A DNA stretch of 64,000 bases from the NCBI GenBank assembly GCA_040403475.1, contig JBBAKO010000014.1, forward strand, positions 4,916 to 68,915, in the 5' to 3' direction. The notes below the pieces were generated by a model, which saw only the letters and a list, made by a program, of their open reading frames with translations, made no database searches and was not told the origin of the DNA. Both the position numbers and the translations under genes were made by a program. This document shows positions 29,958-40,199 of this stretch, in pieces. Every line of letters begins with the position of its first letter. Within the stretch, counting starts at the first letter, position 1. The stretch is from Algoriphagus sp. Its GTDB lineage: Bacteria > Bacteroidota > Bacteroidia > Cytophagales > Cyclobacteriaceae.

Positions 29958-30434
29958 TTAGAATCCAAGCATTTTAATAGCCGTGATAGCGGCTTCATCT
30001 CCCTTGTTGCCATGCTTTCCTCCAGCTCGATCAAGGGCCTGCTGCTGCGTGTTCGGGGTGAGCACCCCAAAGATGGCGGGTTTGTTGTATTTCAAACTTA
30101 CCTGCGTGATGCCATGTGCTACCGCATCGCAGATGAAGTCAAAGTGGCGCGTTTCCCCCTGAATCACACATCCAAGGCAAATCACCGCATCAATCTGATC
30201 ATCTTGCGCACACCACTGAGCGGCTAATGAAAGTTCGAAGGATCCAGGAACCTGCTTGCGAACGATGTTTTTGGGATTCACGCCATGCTGAAGTAGGGTT
30301 TCATAAGCTCCCGAATACAAAGACCCGGTTACCTCCTCATTCCATTCAGATACCACTATCGCAAATCGCTTTTTGGATACATCGGGGAGGTTGTTGGAAT
30401 TGTAATCGCTGAGGTTTTTTGAGGAACTAGCCAT
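29958..30434 (-). CDS. ribH: 6,7-dimethyl-8-ribityllumazine synthase
   Basis: VPGSFEL, LGCVIQGETRHFD, FGVLT, GNKGDEAA. Confidence 0.97.
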   Translation of the reverse strand: MASSSKNLSDYNSNNLPDVSKKRFAIVVSEWNEEVTGSLYSGAYETLLQHGVNPKNIVRKQVPGSFELSLAAQWCAQDDQIDAVICLGCVIQGETRHFDFICDAVAHGITQVSLKYNKPAIFGVLTPNTQQQALDRAGGKHGNKGDEAAITAIKMLGF

Positions 30435-30464
30435 AGGGAATGAGGGTATTAATGGGGTTAAAAC

Positions 30465-30497
30465 AAAAAAGAGTAAGACACTAAGCGCCTTACTCTT
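30465..30497 (-). terminator. Probable intrinsic terminator after the TPR gene
   Basis: AAAAAAGAGTAAG...CTTACTCTT hairpin with a U-tract on the minus strand. Confidence 0.55.
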
Positions 30498-30518
30498 CTA
30501 GCATGCTGTTATTAAGCA

Positions 30519-31223
30519 TTACTTAGCGGCAAGGCCTTCCAAGCGCGCTTTGTGTTTTCGAGCCGCGGCGAATTCAAAGGACTCGTAGTATTTTTCCTCG
30601 ATCTCAGTGTACGTTTGGATCGCTTCATCTACTTTTCCTGCTTCTTCCTGAGCTACTGCCAGTTTAGCAAGGTATTTAGGAGACATGTATTTATTCTCAT
30701 TCGTACGAGCTGCTTTGGTATATTGAGCAATTGCTTCTTCAGTTTTGCCCAACTCCAAGTTCGCGTCGCCGATCAAAGAATATGCTTTCGCTTGTACCAA
30801 GTAGTCGTCCGTAGAAAATTCTTCCAAGTGCGTCAACGCATCTTCAAATTTCTTCTGCGAAAGGTAAATCGATCCGGTGTAGAAATGCGATAAGTTGGCC
30901 GCTTCGGTGCGAGGGTAGTCTTCAATGATGGTCAAAAAACCCTTGTTGATGCCATCCCCATTGAGCGCAAAGTCTACGCTATCCTGCTCAAAGAAGTATA
31001 CAGCCTGAAACATCTCTGCTTGGGCTTTCTCATTCTGTTGTTGGGTATTGTATTGGAAAAATAGAATTCCTCCAATCAAAACCGCCGCTCCCACAAAGAG
31101 GCCTATTACTATTTTGCTGTTACGCTTCAAAAAATCCTCGCCAGGAACTAATTTTTCTGCGATAACCTCAGGGTTTTCGATTAGCTCGTTTTGCTCTGAT
31201 TTTTTTGTTTCTTTCTTAGCCAT
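30519..31223 (-). CDS. Membrane-anchored TPR protein (YfgM-like)
   Basis: Single TM helix followed by TPR-like helices; conserved ALNGDG motif. Confidence 0.8.
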   Translation of the reverse strand: MAKKETKKSEQNELIENPEVIAEKLVPGEDFLKRNSKIVIGLFVGAAVLIGGILFFQYNTQQQNEKAQAEMFQAVYFFEQDSVDFALNGDGINKGFLTIIEDYPRTEAANLSHFYTGSIYLSQKKFEDALTHLEEFSTDDYLVQAKAYSLIGDANLELGKTEEAIAQYTKAARTNENKYMSPKYLAKLAVAQEEAGKVDEAIQTYTEIEEKYYESFEFAAARKHKARLEGLAAK

Positions 31224-31298
31224 GTTGCTCAAATTTCGGTCGCAAATATACGGTTTTTATCAATTACACAAGCACATCTCTGTGTAAGCCTTCAGCAC

Positions 31299-32318
31299 TT
31301 ATTCCATCACAAAAGGATAGTCCTCCTGAACGTATACGTCCTTGAAGGCATCCATACCATCTGGCCAAGGAGATTCTTCGGCAAACTTCACCGCATCTTC
31401 TACTTTGGATTTTACTTTTTTATTGATTGTTTCAATCTCTGCTTCGCTCAAGAGTTCGTTTTCACGAATGGTACCCAGCACCTGCTCGATTGGGTCACGG
31501 TGCTTGTATTCTTCTACTTCTTCCTTGCTGCGGTATTTTTGTGGATCAGACATGGAGTGTCCCTTGAATCGGTAGGTTCTAAATTCCAAGAGTGTTGGAC
31601 CATCGCCGCGACGAGCTCTTGCAGCTGCTTCGGCCACCGCCTCGTGTATGGCTTCCACATTCATTCCATCCACTGGAAAAGAAGGCATGTCGTATGCTTC
31701 ACCAATCTTGTACAATTCGGTGACATTGGAAGTTCGCGCTACGGAAGTTCCCATAGCATAGCCATTGTTTTCAATCACGAAAATCACAGGGCTTTTGTAG
31801 AGCATGGCCAAGTTGAAAGCCTCGTGCACTGCTCCTTGACGAAGTGCGCCATCACCCATTTTGGCGATGCAAAGATTTTTGGTTCCGGCATATTTTTCAG
31901 CAAAGCCAATGCCTAGGCCCATCGGGATCTGCGCACCAACGATGCCATGACCTCCCAAAAAATTCCGTTCCTTATCGAAAATGTGCATGGACCCACCCTT
32001 TCCTTTGGTGGTTCCAGTGGCCTTGCCATAAAGCTCGGCCATGATGGCTCCAGGATCTGTGCCTAAGCCCAGTGGATGCGCATGGCAACGGTAAGCAGTA
32101 ATCCACTTATCGTCTTTGGTCAAGGCAGTGATGGCTCCGGAAGCACAAGCTTCCTGGCCAATATATAGGTGACAAAATCCTCTGATCTTTTGTTGGCCAT
32201 ACAATTGGCCTGCTTTTTCCTCAAAACGTCTCATTAAAAGCATGCTTTCGTACCAGAAAGCATAGGTCTCTTTGGAGTAGTTTACCTTGGTCTTTGCAAC
32301 TGCAGTTTTCTTTGCCAT
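31299..32318 (-). CDS. pdhA: Pyruvate dehydrogenase E1 alpha subunit
   Basis: IRGFCHLYIGQEA, GKGGSMH, GDGA..N TPP motif, YRFKGHSMSDP. Start taken as ATG 32318. Confidence 0.96.
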   Translation of the reverse strand: MAKKTAVAKTKVNYSKETYAFWYESMLLMRRFEEKAGQLYGQQKIRGFCHLYIGQEACASGAITALTKDDKWITAYRCHAHPLGLGTDPGAIMAELYGKATGTTKGKGGSMHIFDKERNFLGGHGIVGAQIPMGLGIGFAEKYAGTKNLCIAKMGDGALRQGAVHEAFNLAMLYKSPVIFVIENNGYAMGTSVARTSNVTELYKIGEAYDMPSFPVDGMNVEAIHEAVAEAAARARRGDGPTLLEFRTYRFKGHSMSDPQKYRSKEEVEEYKHRDPIEQVLGTIRENELLSEAEIETINKKVKSKVEDAVKFAEESPWPDGMDAFKDVYVQEDYPFVME

Positions 32319-32409
32319 AGGGTACTGATCAAAATGTGCTATTTTAGGCCTCAAATATAGTAATCCCGACCTAAAAATTAGGATGACTTGCAAATAATTC
32401 GCCGCTCAC

Positions 32410-33519
32410 ATGATTTTGGAGTCCCTAGACCTCATTCAATTTAAAAATCACCTTCACAGCAAGCTTGCCTTTAGCCCGCAGATCAATTGCTTGTTGGGAA
32501 GAAATGGGAGCGGAAAAACGAATGTATTGGATGGTATCCATTACCTCTCCTTGACCAAAAGTGCCTTGCAAAGCAGCGATGGACTTAATGTCCAGCACGA
32601 AAAGGAGTTTTTTACCCTAATCGGTAAGTTTACCGTGGAGTCCAAGCCACTCGAAGTGCGCTGTACCTTAGAGCAGGGCAAAAAGAAACAGATTTTCCAA
32701 AACGGGAAGGCTGTCGACAAAGTCAGCGACCATGTGGGAAAAATTCCGCTGGTCTTAATTGCTCCCGACGATACCGAGCTGATCAAGGGGGGCAGTGAGG
32801 GCAGGCGGAAATTTTTCGATGGCCTTCTCGCTCAACTAGACCATCCTTACTTGGAGCAGCTGATTCGCTACCATCATTTTCTGAAGCAGCGGAATGCCCT
32901 CCTGAAGCAATTTGGGGAAACCGGTCGCCGTGACCTGACGCTGCTGAGCACATACGACGAGGAAATCATCGTGTTGAGCAAGGGGATTGCCAAACGAAGA
33001 GCTGCCTTGGTGGAAGAGATTACACCTTTGCTGCAGTTCTATTACGAGAAGCTATCCATGGGCCGAGAAAAGGTCGCCTTGCATTACGAAACAGAGGCCC
33101 TGCGGGATAACTTCCACGACTACTTCCTACAACTACGTCAGAAGGATTTTGTGACCAAAAACAGCAATGCAGGAATCCATAAGGATGATTTCGAGTTTCA
33201 GATCGACACACATCCCCTGCGCAAGCTGGGCAGCCAAGGGCAACAGAAGTCCTTTATCATTGCGCTGAAGCTTGCACAGTTTGCGCTATTTGAAAAAGCG
33301 AAGGGAGAAAAACCCTTGCTGCTGCTTGACGATATTTTTGACAAGTTGGACGAGGAGCGAATCGTCATGCTGATGCAGCTGGTGTCGCAGGGCAACTTTG
33401 GGCAGCTATTTATCACGGATGCACGACCTGAGCGGTCCAAGGAGATCCTCAGTGCTTTGGATGCCGAAGTGGCCTTTTTTTACCTAGAAAATGGGCAGGT
33501 GCTTTCTCAGGAAATTTGA
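32410..33519 (+). CDS. recF: DNA replication/repair protein RecF
   Basis: GRNGSGKTN, RRKFFD, QRNALLK, GSQGQQK, LLLLDDIFDKLD. Confidence 0.96.
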   Translation: MILESLDLIQFKNHLHSKLAFSPQINCLLGRNGSGKTNVLDGIHYLSLTKSALQSSDGLNVQHEKEFFTLIGKFTVESKPLEVRCTLEQGKKKQIFQNGKAVDKVSDHVGKIPLVLIAPDDTELIKGGSEGRRKFFDGLLAQLDHPYLEQLIRYHHFLKQRNALLKQFGETGRRDLTLLSTYDEEIIVLSKGIAKRRAALVEEITPLLQFYYEKLSMGREKVALHYETEALRDNFHDYFLQLRQKDFVTKNSNAGIHKDDFEFQIDTHPLRKLGSQGQQKSFIIALKLAQFALFEKAKGEKPLLLLDDIFDKLDEERIVMLMQLVSQGNFGQLFITDARPERSKEILSALDAEVAFFYLENGQVLSQEI

Positions 33520-33596
33520 TTTGCATTTTCTGCAATCTGATTATCCGCTTTTTCACCACTAACCAGAGAAAAAAGGTTTGAGGTTCAATTAGGTGA

Positions 33597-33682
33597 GCTG
33601 TGGACCGTTGACTGTGGTCTGTCAACGATTATCCGCAGTTTTAAATAGGCGAGCTGAGCTACTGGTATGATTGCGGATAATC
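33597..33682. repeat. 86-bp dispersed palindromic element, copy 2
   Basis: Four heptamers, then GATTATCCGCA (33627) ... TGCGGATAATC (33672-33682); inverted relative to 2337-2422. Confidence 0.75.
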
Positions 33683-33792
33683 ATATTTAAATATTTACCA
33701 AGCACTAGTTCATCTGACTTGACGTTTTTTTTGTTGTCAGAAAACATCAGCTTTTTTGTTTCACTTTAGGGAAACTTTTTTAACTTTACACT

Positions 33793-34140
33793 TTGGACAA
33801 AAATCAAAAACACAGAAAGATAACGTTTTACAAAAACTACTTTCAAGACTTCTTTTCCCGACAAAACGAGAAAGTAAAAGCAAAAATTGTTTGGACTTTT
33901 GACCTGGTTGAAGACTTACAAAGAGTTCCTGAATCCTATCTGAAACACCTAGAGAATACGGACGGACTTTATGAAATCCGAGTTCAACATGGGAGCGACA
34001 TAGTTAGGATTTTCTGTTTTTTTGATCAAGGACAATTGGTGGTCTTAGCAAACGGATTTCAAAAGAAAACCCAAAAGACTCCAAAGAAAGAAATAGAAAA
34101 GGCAACTAAAATAAAGGCAGCTTATGAAAACGAAAGATAA
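33793..34140 (+). CDS. Type II toxin, RelE/HigB (Gp49-like)
   Basis: GLYEIRV, RIFCFF, GFQKKTQKTPKKEI. Confidence 0.85.
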   Translation: MDKNQKHRKITFYKNYFQDFFSRQNEKVKAKIVWTFDLVEDLQRVPESYLKHLENTDGLYEIRVQHGSDIVRIFCFFDQGQLVVLANGFQKKTQKTPKKEIEKATKIKAAYENER

Positions 34141-34429
34141 AAACTTGATGACTCTTGAGGAGTTTAAAGAAAAAAACTACGGTAAACGTGGGACAATAGC
34201 GCGTGATGAACTTGAAACGGGCTATGAGGCATTTAAAATTGGAGCCATGATTCAACACACTCGTGTCGAGATGGGCATGACTCAGGAGCAGCTTGCAGAA
34301 AAGGTTGGAACAACAAAATCCTATATCTCAAAAATCGAGAACGATATAAAAGAAGCTCGAATTTCGACCCTTCAAAAAATCATTGAGCTTGGTTTCGGGG
34401 GGCGACTCGAGCTTTCTATCAAATTTTAA
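34124..34429 (+). CDS. XRE-HTH antitoxin (HigA-like)
   Basis: MTQEQLAEKVGTTKSYISKIEN helix-turn-helix; overlaps the toxin stop; toxin-first gene order. Confidence 0.88.
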   Translation: MKTKDKNLMTLEEFKEKNYGKRGTIARDELETGYEAFKIGAMIQHTRVEMGMTQEQLAEKVGTTKSYISKIENDIKEARISTLQKIIELGFGGRLELSIKF

Positions 34430-34478
34430 CCTTGGACTCATTCCCTAGCAACGTTACTCAAGAATGACCACAAAAAAC

Positions 34479-34500
34479 AAGGGGCCGAAGCCCCATTTTT
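34479..34500. terminator. Intrinsic terminator
   Basis: GGGGC-CGAA-GCCCC followed by a T-tract. Confidence 0.7.
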
Positions 34501-35402
34501 TACCATAGTGTTGTAGGATATTCTCCTTGCTCGTGTAGCTGCTGCAAGGCTTCAATCACTACCGGACGATCTTCGGTGTAGGTCACCCCAAACCAGGTTT
34601 TTCCGCCTGCCAAAATCTCAAACGCCGCTTCATTGGCTTGAATCAAATTATTTGCCACAGTAGGAATGTAAAATTCCGACTTCAAGTTTCCTAGATTGGC
34701 CGGCAGAAACTCCTGCCACATCCTTTCGATATCCTGAAAAACCGCAGGGTGAAATCCCCAGAAATTCATGCTTACAGGAGTATTTGGAGCGATTTCAAAA
34801 GCTTCTCCTTCCCCTCGACTAAGAATCTGATTCCCTTCTTGAGCGATGGAAGTTCGCTCAGTCATGCCGATGAGCTGCCCTTTGTCATTTGTATCGCATA
34901 CTCCACGGCTCACAGTCCCATGTGCGGATAGTACATTTTTTAGAGCGTAGCCCACCATGGCATGCAGGTTAGGCTGCACGGTAGTGGTCAAAAACTCACC
35001 CAAAACTGCGAAGGCTTCTTTTCCATAAAAATCGTCTGCATTGATCACCGCGAAAGGCTCATGCACTGCATCCTTTGCACAAAGTACCGCATGCGCCGTT
35101 CCAAAAGGCTTGACACGATCTGCTTGCTTCAGCTCCGCAGGTACAAAACTGTCTAAGGATTGTAAGACCCAGTCTACCTCAATTTTACCTTGAAGCTTGG
35201 GCATAAACTTCTCCTGCGCAATTTCCAGGATCTCCTGCCGAACGATAAATACTACTTTTCCAAATCCAGCTCGGATGGCATCAAAAATCGAATATTCTAA
35301 AATAGTCTCCCCATTCGGGCCAAAACCATCAATTTGCTTATTTCCTCCATAGCGACTGCCCATTCCGGCTGCCAAGACTACGAGTGTTGGTTTGCTTGTC
35401 AT
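34500..35402 (-). CDS. Sugar-phosphate nucleotidyltransferase
   Basis: LAAGMGSRYGG.KQ, KPFGTAHA, INADDFYG, SMNFWGF, WFGVTY. Confidence 0.88.
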   Translation of the reverse strand: MTSKPTLVVLAAGMGSRYGGNKQIDGFGPNGETILEYSIFDAIRAGFGKVVFIVRQEILEIAQEKFMPKLQGKIEVDWVLQSLDSFVPAELKQADRVKPFGTAHAVLCAKDAVHEPFAVINADDFYGKEAFAVLGEFLTTTVQPNLHAMVGYALKNVLSAHGTVSRGVCDTNDKGQLIGMTERTSIAQEGNQILSRGEGEAFEIAPNTPVSMNFWGFHPAVFQDIERMWQEFLPANLGNLKSEFYIPTVANNLIQANEAAFEILAGGKTWFGVTYTEDRPVVIEALQQLHEQGEYPTTLW

Positions 35403-35670
35403 TGTATCTCTTAAAAAAACGTAGACAAAAATACCCCGAATTCTATTCTGAACAAATACAGATGAATTTTACTAAAGTTCATTTTTAACCCTATTTTCAT
35501 TTTTTTTGATTTATTTTTTTATTTTTTAATTCATTTTTAAACCGATTTTTAAATCAAAAACATATTTTTTTATTTTTTTGATTCTTTTTTAATCTTATTT
35601 TTTGATTTTTAGTAAAATATTAACTTATTTTCCATCCTGTTTTCAACAAAACCTTTCCTTCCTTGAAAAA

Positions 35671-36009
35671 ATGAAAAAAATCGAAGCCATCATCCGCACC
35701 TCTCGCTTTGATTACATCCACCGATGCATTTCCAAATTGGGCGTCAAGTTTCTCTCCTTCTACGAAGTAAAAGGGATGGGATTTGAACATGCCCGACAGG
35801 AAATGTACCGAGGAGTAGCCTACGAGCCCGCCTACATCCCGCGCACCAAACTTGAAATCGTCGTTCCAGACGATATGGCTAAAGGTGTAATCAACTGCAT
35901 CCTCCAAGAAGGAAAAACCAACGAAGTGGGCGACGGGAAAATCTTCGTCTACGATGTACTCGAAGCCTACCGCATTCGCAACCAAGACACAGGCGAAGCC
36001 GCTCTCTAA
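35671..36009 (+). CDS. glnB: P-II nitrogen regulatory protein
   Basis: 112 aa from ATG 35671: MKKIEAIIR, YRG..Y51, GDGKIFV; upstream of amtB (a GlnK-type context). Confidence 0.9.
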   Translation: MKKIEAIIRTSRFDYIHRCISKLGVKFLSFYEVKGMGFEHARQEMYRGVAYEPAYIPRTKLEIVVPDDMAKGVINCILQEGKTNEVGDGKIFVYDVLEAYRIRNQDTGEAAL

Positions 36010-36048
36010 TCATTTCTATTTCACCTCACCGCCACCGCTCTCTCACCT

Positions 36049-37290
36049 ATGGAAGCACCTGTTCAAGACCTATTCACCATCAACAACCTCTGGATGATGA
36101 TATCCACCTTGTTGATCTTTATCATGCACCTCGGATTTGCCACCCTGGAAGCAGGCCTTACCCGAGCCAAAAACACCGTCAACATTCTCTTTAAAAACAC
36201 AATTATCCCGGCCATCGGGATCCTCTCCTATGCATTTGTGGGCTTCAACCTGATGTATCCTGGGGCTGACTTTGCAGGTGCCTTCTTTGGATTCTCTGGC
36301 TTTGGTCTCTCCCTTCCTGAGGGCTGGGATACCAGCAATTACAATGCAGGCTACACCTATTTCACCGACTTTATCTTTCAAGCCATGTTTGCTGCTACTG
36401 CTGCTACCATCGTATCAGGAGCAGTTGCCGAACGAGTGAAGCTGGGGCCCTTCATCATCTTCTCCCTAATCTATGTAGGCCTTTGCTATCCAGTGGTAGG
36501 CATGTGGAAGTGGGGAGGAGGATTCTTAAATACCCTAGAAACCCCCTTCTATGATTTTGCTGGATCCACCATCGTACACACTGTAGGGGGTTGGGCAGCC
36601 TTGGTAGGCGCGTTTCTTCTTGGTCCACGCATCGGAAAATATACGCCAACTGGAATGAAAGCGATTCCAGGCCACAACATTCCCATGGCAACGATGGGGG
36701 TATTTTTGCTGTGGTTTGGCTGGTTTGGATTCAATGGAGGTTCTGTCCTCAGCGCAGACCCAGGCACCGTTTCTCGCGTATTTGTGACCACCTCGCTAGC
36801 TGCCTCTGCCGGCGCCATCGGAGCACTACTCACCTCTTACATCAAATTCAAAACCTACGACATCACCATGGTGCTCAATGGGATCTTGGCTGGCCTCGTG
36901 GGCATCACGGCTGGCGCCGACAAAATGGGCGTAATGGATGCAGTGTATATCGGAGCCATCGGTGGAGTCTTGGTGGTACTTGCGGTCATTGCTTTTGACA
37001 AACTCAAAATCGACGATCCTGTAGGAGCCATTGCAGTACACCTAATTGGAGGTATCTGGGGCACATTGGCCGTCGGTATATTTGGGGATTTGGCAGGATT
37101 AAGCCAGCTCAGTTCCCAACTTATAGGAATCGCAGCTGTAGGTGCGTTTTGCTTTGGTAGCTCCTGGCTGATTTTCTTCACCCTCAAGCGAACGGTCGGC
37201 ATTCGTGTCGATGAAAAAGAAGAGGTCGAAGGCCTAGACATCAACGAACACCAGATGCGGGCTTACCCCGATTTTGCAACGAAAGATTGA
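36049..37290 (+). CDS. amtB: Ammonium transporter
   Basis: FQAMFAAT, DFAGSTIVH, WFGWFGFNGGS, DDPVGAIAVH (twin His). Confidence 0.96.
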   Translation: MEAPVQDLFTINNLWMMISTLLIFIMHLGFATLEAGLTRAKNTVNILFKNTIIPAIGILSYAFVGFNLMYPGADFAGAFFGFSGFGLSLPEGWDTSNYNAGYTYFTDFIFQAMFAATAATIVSGAVAERVKLGPFIIFSLIYVGLCYPVVGMWKWGGGFLNTLETPFYDFAGSTIVHTVGGWAALVGAFLLGPRIGKYTPTGMKAIPGHNIPMATMGVFLLWFGWFGFNGGSVLSADPGTVSRVFVTTSLAASAGAIGALLTSYIKFKTYDITMVLNGILAGLVGITAGADKMGVMDAVYIGAIGGVLVVLAVIAFDKLKIDDPVGAIAVHLIGGIWGTLAVGIFGDLAGLSQLSSQLIGIAAVGAFCFGSSWLIFFTLKRTVGIRVDEKEEVEGLDINEHQMRAYPDFATKD

Positions 37291-37305
37291 AAACTAAACC
37301 AAAAC

Positions 37306-37339
37306 AATCCCCTGAGAAAACTCAGGGGATTTGCTTTTT
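37306..37339. terminator. Intrinsic terminator after amtB
   Basis: AATCCCCTGAG-aaaa-CTCAGGGGATT followed by T-rich sequence. Confidence 0.75.
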
Positions 37340-37340
37340 A

Positions 37341-37541
37341 TTACCCTGGGAGCAAGGTCAGAGGGCCCACATGGCGCAGTAAGATGGCCTGATGCAGGTG
37401 GCCAAACTTTGCATAGCACCAAACCTTGAATTCTAAAAATTCCTCGGGAAGCAAGTAGCCAATTCCTTTTTTCAGTTCCCGTTCAAAAAGAAACCTATTA
37501 AAGCTTACTTTCTGTAAAATAGTCTTTACGTAATCCAGCAT
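37341..37541 (-). CDS. Small conserved hypothetical protein
   Basis: MLDYVKTILQKVSF..LFERELKK pattern, which I recognise from small Bacteroidota proteins. Confidence 0.65.
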   Translation of the reverse strand: MLDYVKTILQKVSFNRFLFERELKKGIGYLLPEEFLEFKVWCYAKFGHLHQAILLRHVGPLTLLPG

Positions 37542-37653
37542 AGTCTAAAAATTTTGAAGGCATTAACTGATTTTAAGTTTTTCTACGGCAGCATATCCCA
37601 AGATGTTGCGTTATTTTGAGGGACCTAGCTGAAATTACTCTATTTTCGTACCC

Positions 37654-39102
37654 ATGATTAGTGCAGCACGACATGTATTGGCTTTCTTGTGCCTTAGCGT
37701 ATTGCTATCCTTTCAGGCTTTTGGGCAAGAGGTAACCGTGGTTCTCGGCCCGGATCAAATCGGCATCAACGAAACCTTTACAATCAAAGTCACCCTATCC
37801 AACGAAAAAATAAAGTCCTACGATCAATTTCCTGAAATTCCAGGATTTCAAAAGCAAGGCATCTCCCAGTCCTCCTCGATGAATATCATCAATGGGCAAA
37901 TGAGTAGCTCCAACAGCATCATTCAGTATTACAAGCCTGCCCGAAAAGGACAGTTTACCCTACCCAAATTTTCCGTACTCATCAACGGCCAAGCAGCAGC
38001 TTCCCCTGGAAAACGAATTACCGTGACCGATGCTGCGGCAAGTAGCCCCAGCGGAGGAAATGCCTTCGATCCATTTGCAGAATTCTTTGGAAGAAATGAA
38101 GAGGTTCCTGAATTCGTAGAAATCGCAGACGATGCTTTTTTCGCAGTCAACATTGACAAAAGTGAAGTGTATGCCGGCGAAGGATTTACGATGGACATCT
38201 CTTTTTTCATGTCCGAACAAAACCAAGCTCCCTTTCAATTTTATGAGGCAGGAAAGCAGCTCGATGCCATCTTGAAGAAATTGAAACCTGTCAATGCTTG
38301 GGAAGAGAACTTTAGCATCACCACCATTGAACCCCAAACAGTAGAACGAAACGGCAAAAAATGGGTGAAATTCAAGGTTTTTGAAAGCACCTTTTTCCCT
38401 TTCTCTGAAGGAAAAATAGAAATCCCACGCGTGCCGTGGGAAATGATTAAATACAAGGTAGCCAAGAATCCATCGCTCTTTGGCGCGAATCGGCAAGAAG
38501 ACTTCAAAACCTTTTATTCTAGCCCTAAGGTCATCACCGTAAAGCCCCTACCTCCGCACCCTCTAAAAAGTGAAGTACCGGTAGGAATCTTCCAGCTTCG
38601 CGAAAACATCACTACGCTGGAAGCAAAAACTGGGAAAGGCTTTAATTATAATTTTGGAGTTGCAGGAATTGGAAACATCAATTCCCTCGCAGCCCCAAAG
38701 CGTCTTCCTGGCGCAAATCTAAATACATTTGATCCCAATGTGCGTCAGCAGATCAACCGCGGCTACGGGCAAATATCGGGCATTAAAGAGTTTGACTACT
38801 TTGTAACCCTCAATGAAGCTGGGAAATACCCACTAGTGAACTATTTCAGCTGGATTTACTTTGATCCGGAGCGTGAGGTGTACGATACACTCAAGCCACA
38901 AGCGCTGATTCGCGTTAGCGGAGAATCCAAAATTAATGAAGCCTTGTCTGGCCAGCGCCTCGGAGGAATCTATGATAAAATCGCCACTGAAAGCAACCAA
39001 TTTTTAAACCAGCGATATAAGTACTATTTTACCAACGCAATCAATATTTTACTCCTGGGCGCTCTCATTGTCTTAGCAGTAATCATCATCCGAAAAAAAT
39101 AA
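37654..39102 (+). CDS. BatD-family protein
   Basis: Signal peptide, [28 protein letters not shown]-terminal TM anchor. Confidence 0.8.
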   Translation: MISAARHVLAFLCLSVLLSFQAFGQEVTVVLGPDQIGINETFTIKVTLSNEKIKSYDQFPEIPGFQKQGISQSSSMNIINGQMSSSNSIIQYYKPARKGQFTLPKFSVLINGQAAASPGKRITVTDAAASSPSGGNAFDPFAEFFGRNEEVPEFVEIADDAFFAVNIDKSEVYAGEGFTMDISFFMSEQNQAPFQFYEAGKQLDAILKKLKPVNAWEENFSITTIEPQTVERNGKKWVKFKVFESTFFPFSEGKIEIPRVPWEMIKYKVAKNPSLFGANRQEDFKTFYSSPKVITVKPLPPHPLKSEVPVGIFQLRENITTLEAKTGKGFNYNFGVAGIGNINSLAAPKRLPGANLNTFDPNVRQQINRGYGQISGIKEFDYFVTLNEAGKYPLVNYFSWIYFDPEREVYDTLKPQALIRVSGESKINEALSGQRLGGIYDKIATESNQFLNQRYKYYFTNAINILLLGALIVLAVIIIRKK

Positions 39103-40187
39103 TGGGCAATACATTTGGCAAGCTTTTTAGACTCACCACCTTTGGAGAGTCCCATGGAAAAGCCCTAGGTGCAATCCTAGATGGCTGTCCAGCAGGCTTG
39201 GCCCTGGATTTGGAAAAAATACGGGCAGAAATGCAGCGCCGGAAGCCCGGCCAATCCAAAATCACCACCCAACGCAAAGAAGACGACGAAATCGAATTGC
39301 TCTCTGGAGTGTTTGAAGGAAAAACCACCGGTACGCCAATTGGCATCCTTATTCCGAATGAAGATCAGAAAAGTAAAGACTACGCACACATCGCAGATGC
39401 TTTTCGCCCTTCCCACGCGGATTATACCTACTTTGAAAAATATGGGCACCGTGACCATCGTGGAGGAGGCAGATCCAGTGCTCGTGAAACTGCCGCTCGA
39501 GTAGCCGGCGGCGCCATTGCAAAGCAGCTACTAGCCACCAAAGGAATTACCATTCAAGCCTATGTTTCCCAAGTAGGGAAAATTCGGCTTGAAAAACCCT
39601 ATACCGCACTCAACTTGGACTTGGCTGAAGACAATATCGTCCGCTGTCCAGATCCAGAATTGGCTGAAGTAATGATCGAACACATCGACCAAGTACGAAA
39701 GGATCGCGACACCATAGGTGGTATCGTCTCCTGTGTGATCAAAAATTGCCCTCCAGGATTAGGCGAGCCTGTATTTGACCGACTCCATGCCGAACTTGGT
39801 AAAGCGATGTTGAGCATCAATGCCGTCAAAGGCTTTGAATATGGAAGTGGCTTTGAAGGGGTCACCCTTCGCGGCTCCCAACACAACGATGCCTTTGTCC
39901 AGCAAGACGGAAAAATCCATACGCTTACCAATCATTCGGGAGGCATTCAAGGTGGCATTAGCAACGGGGAGGATATCTACTTCCGCGTGGCCTTCAAGCC
40001 AGTGGCTACCCTCATGCAGGACCAATCCTCAGTCAATACCGCCGGAGAATCGGTGACCGTCAGCGGCAAAGGCCGTCACGATCCCTGTGTAGTCCCAAGA
40101 GCCGTACCCATTGTAGAAGCCATGGCAGCACTAGTACTAGCTGACTACCTTCTTCTATCCAAAACCAATAAACTTGAAGCCCTTTAA
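39102..40187 (+). CDS. aroC: Chorismate synthase
   Basis: [36 protein letters not shown]. Confidence 0.98.
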   Translation: MGNTFGKLFRLTTFGESHGKALGAILDGCPAGLALDLEKIRAEMQRRKPGQSKITTQRKEDDEIELLSGVFEGKTTGTPIGILIPNEDQKSKDYAHIADAFRPSHADYTYFEKYGHRDHRGGGRSSARETAARVAGGAIAKQLLATKGITIQAYVSQVGKIRLEKPYTALNLDLAEDNIVRCPDPELAEVMIEHIDQVRKDRDTIGGIVSCVIKNCPPGLGEPVFDRLHAELGKAMLSINAVKGFEYGSGFEGVTLRGSQHNDAFVQQDGKIHTLTNHSGGIQGGISNGEDIYFRVAFKPVATLMQDQSSVNTAGESVTVSGKGRHDPCVVPRAVPIVEAMAALVLADYLLLSKTNKLEAL

Positions 40188-40199
40188 CCCAACCCTGTT

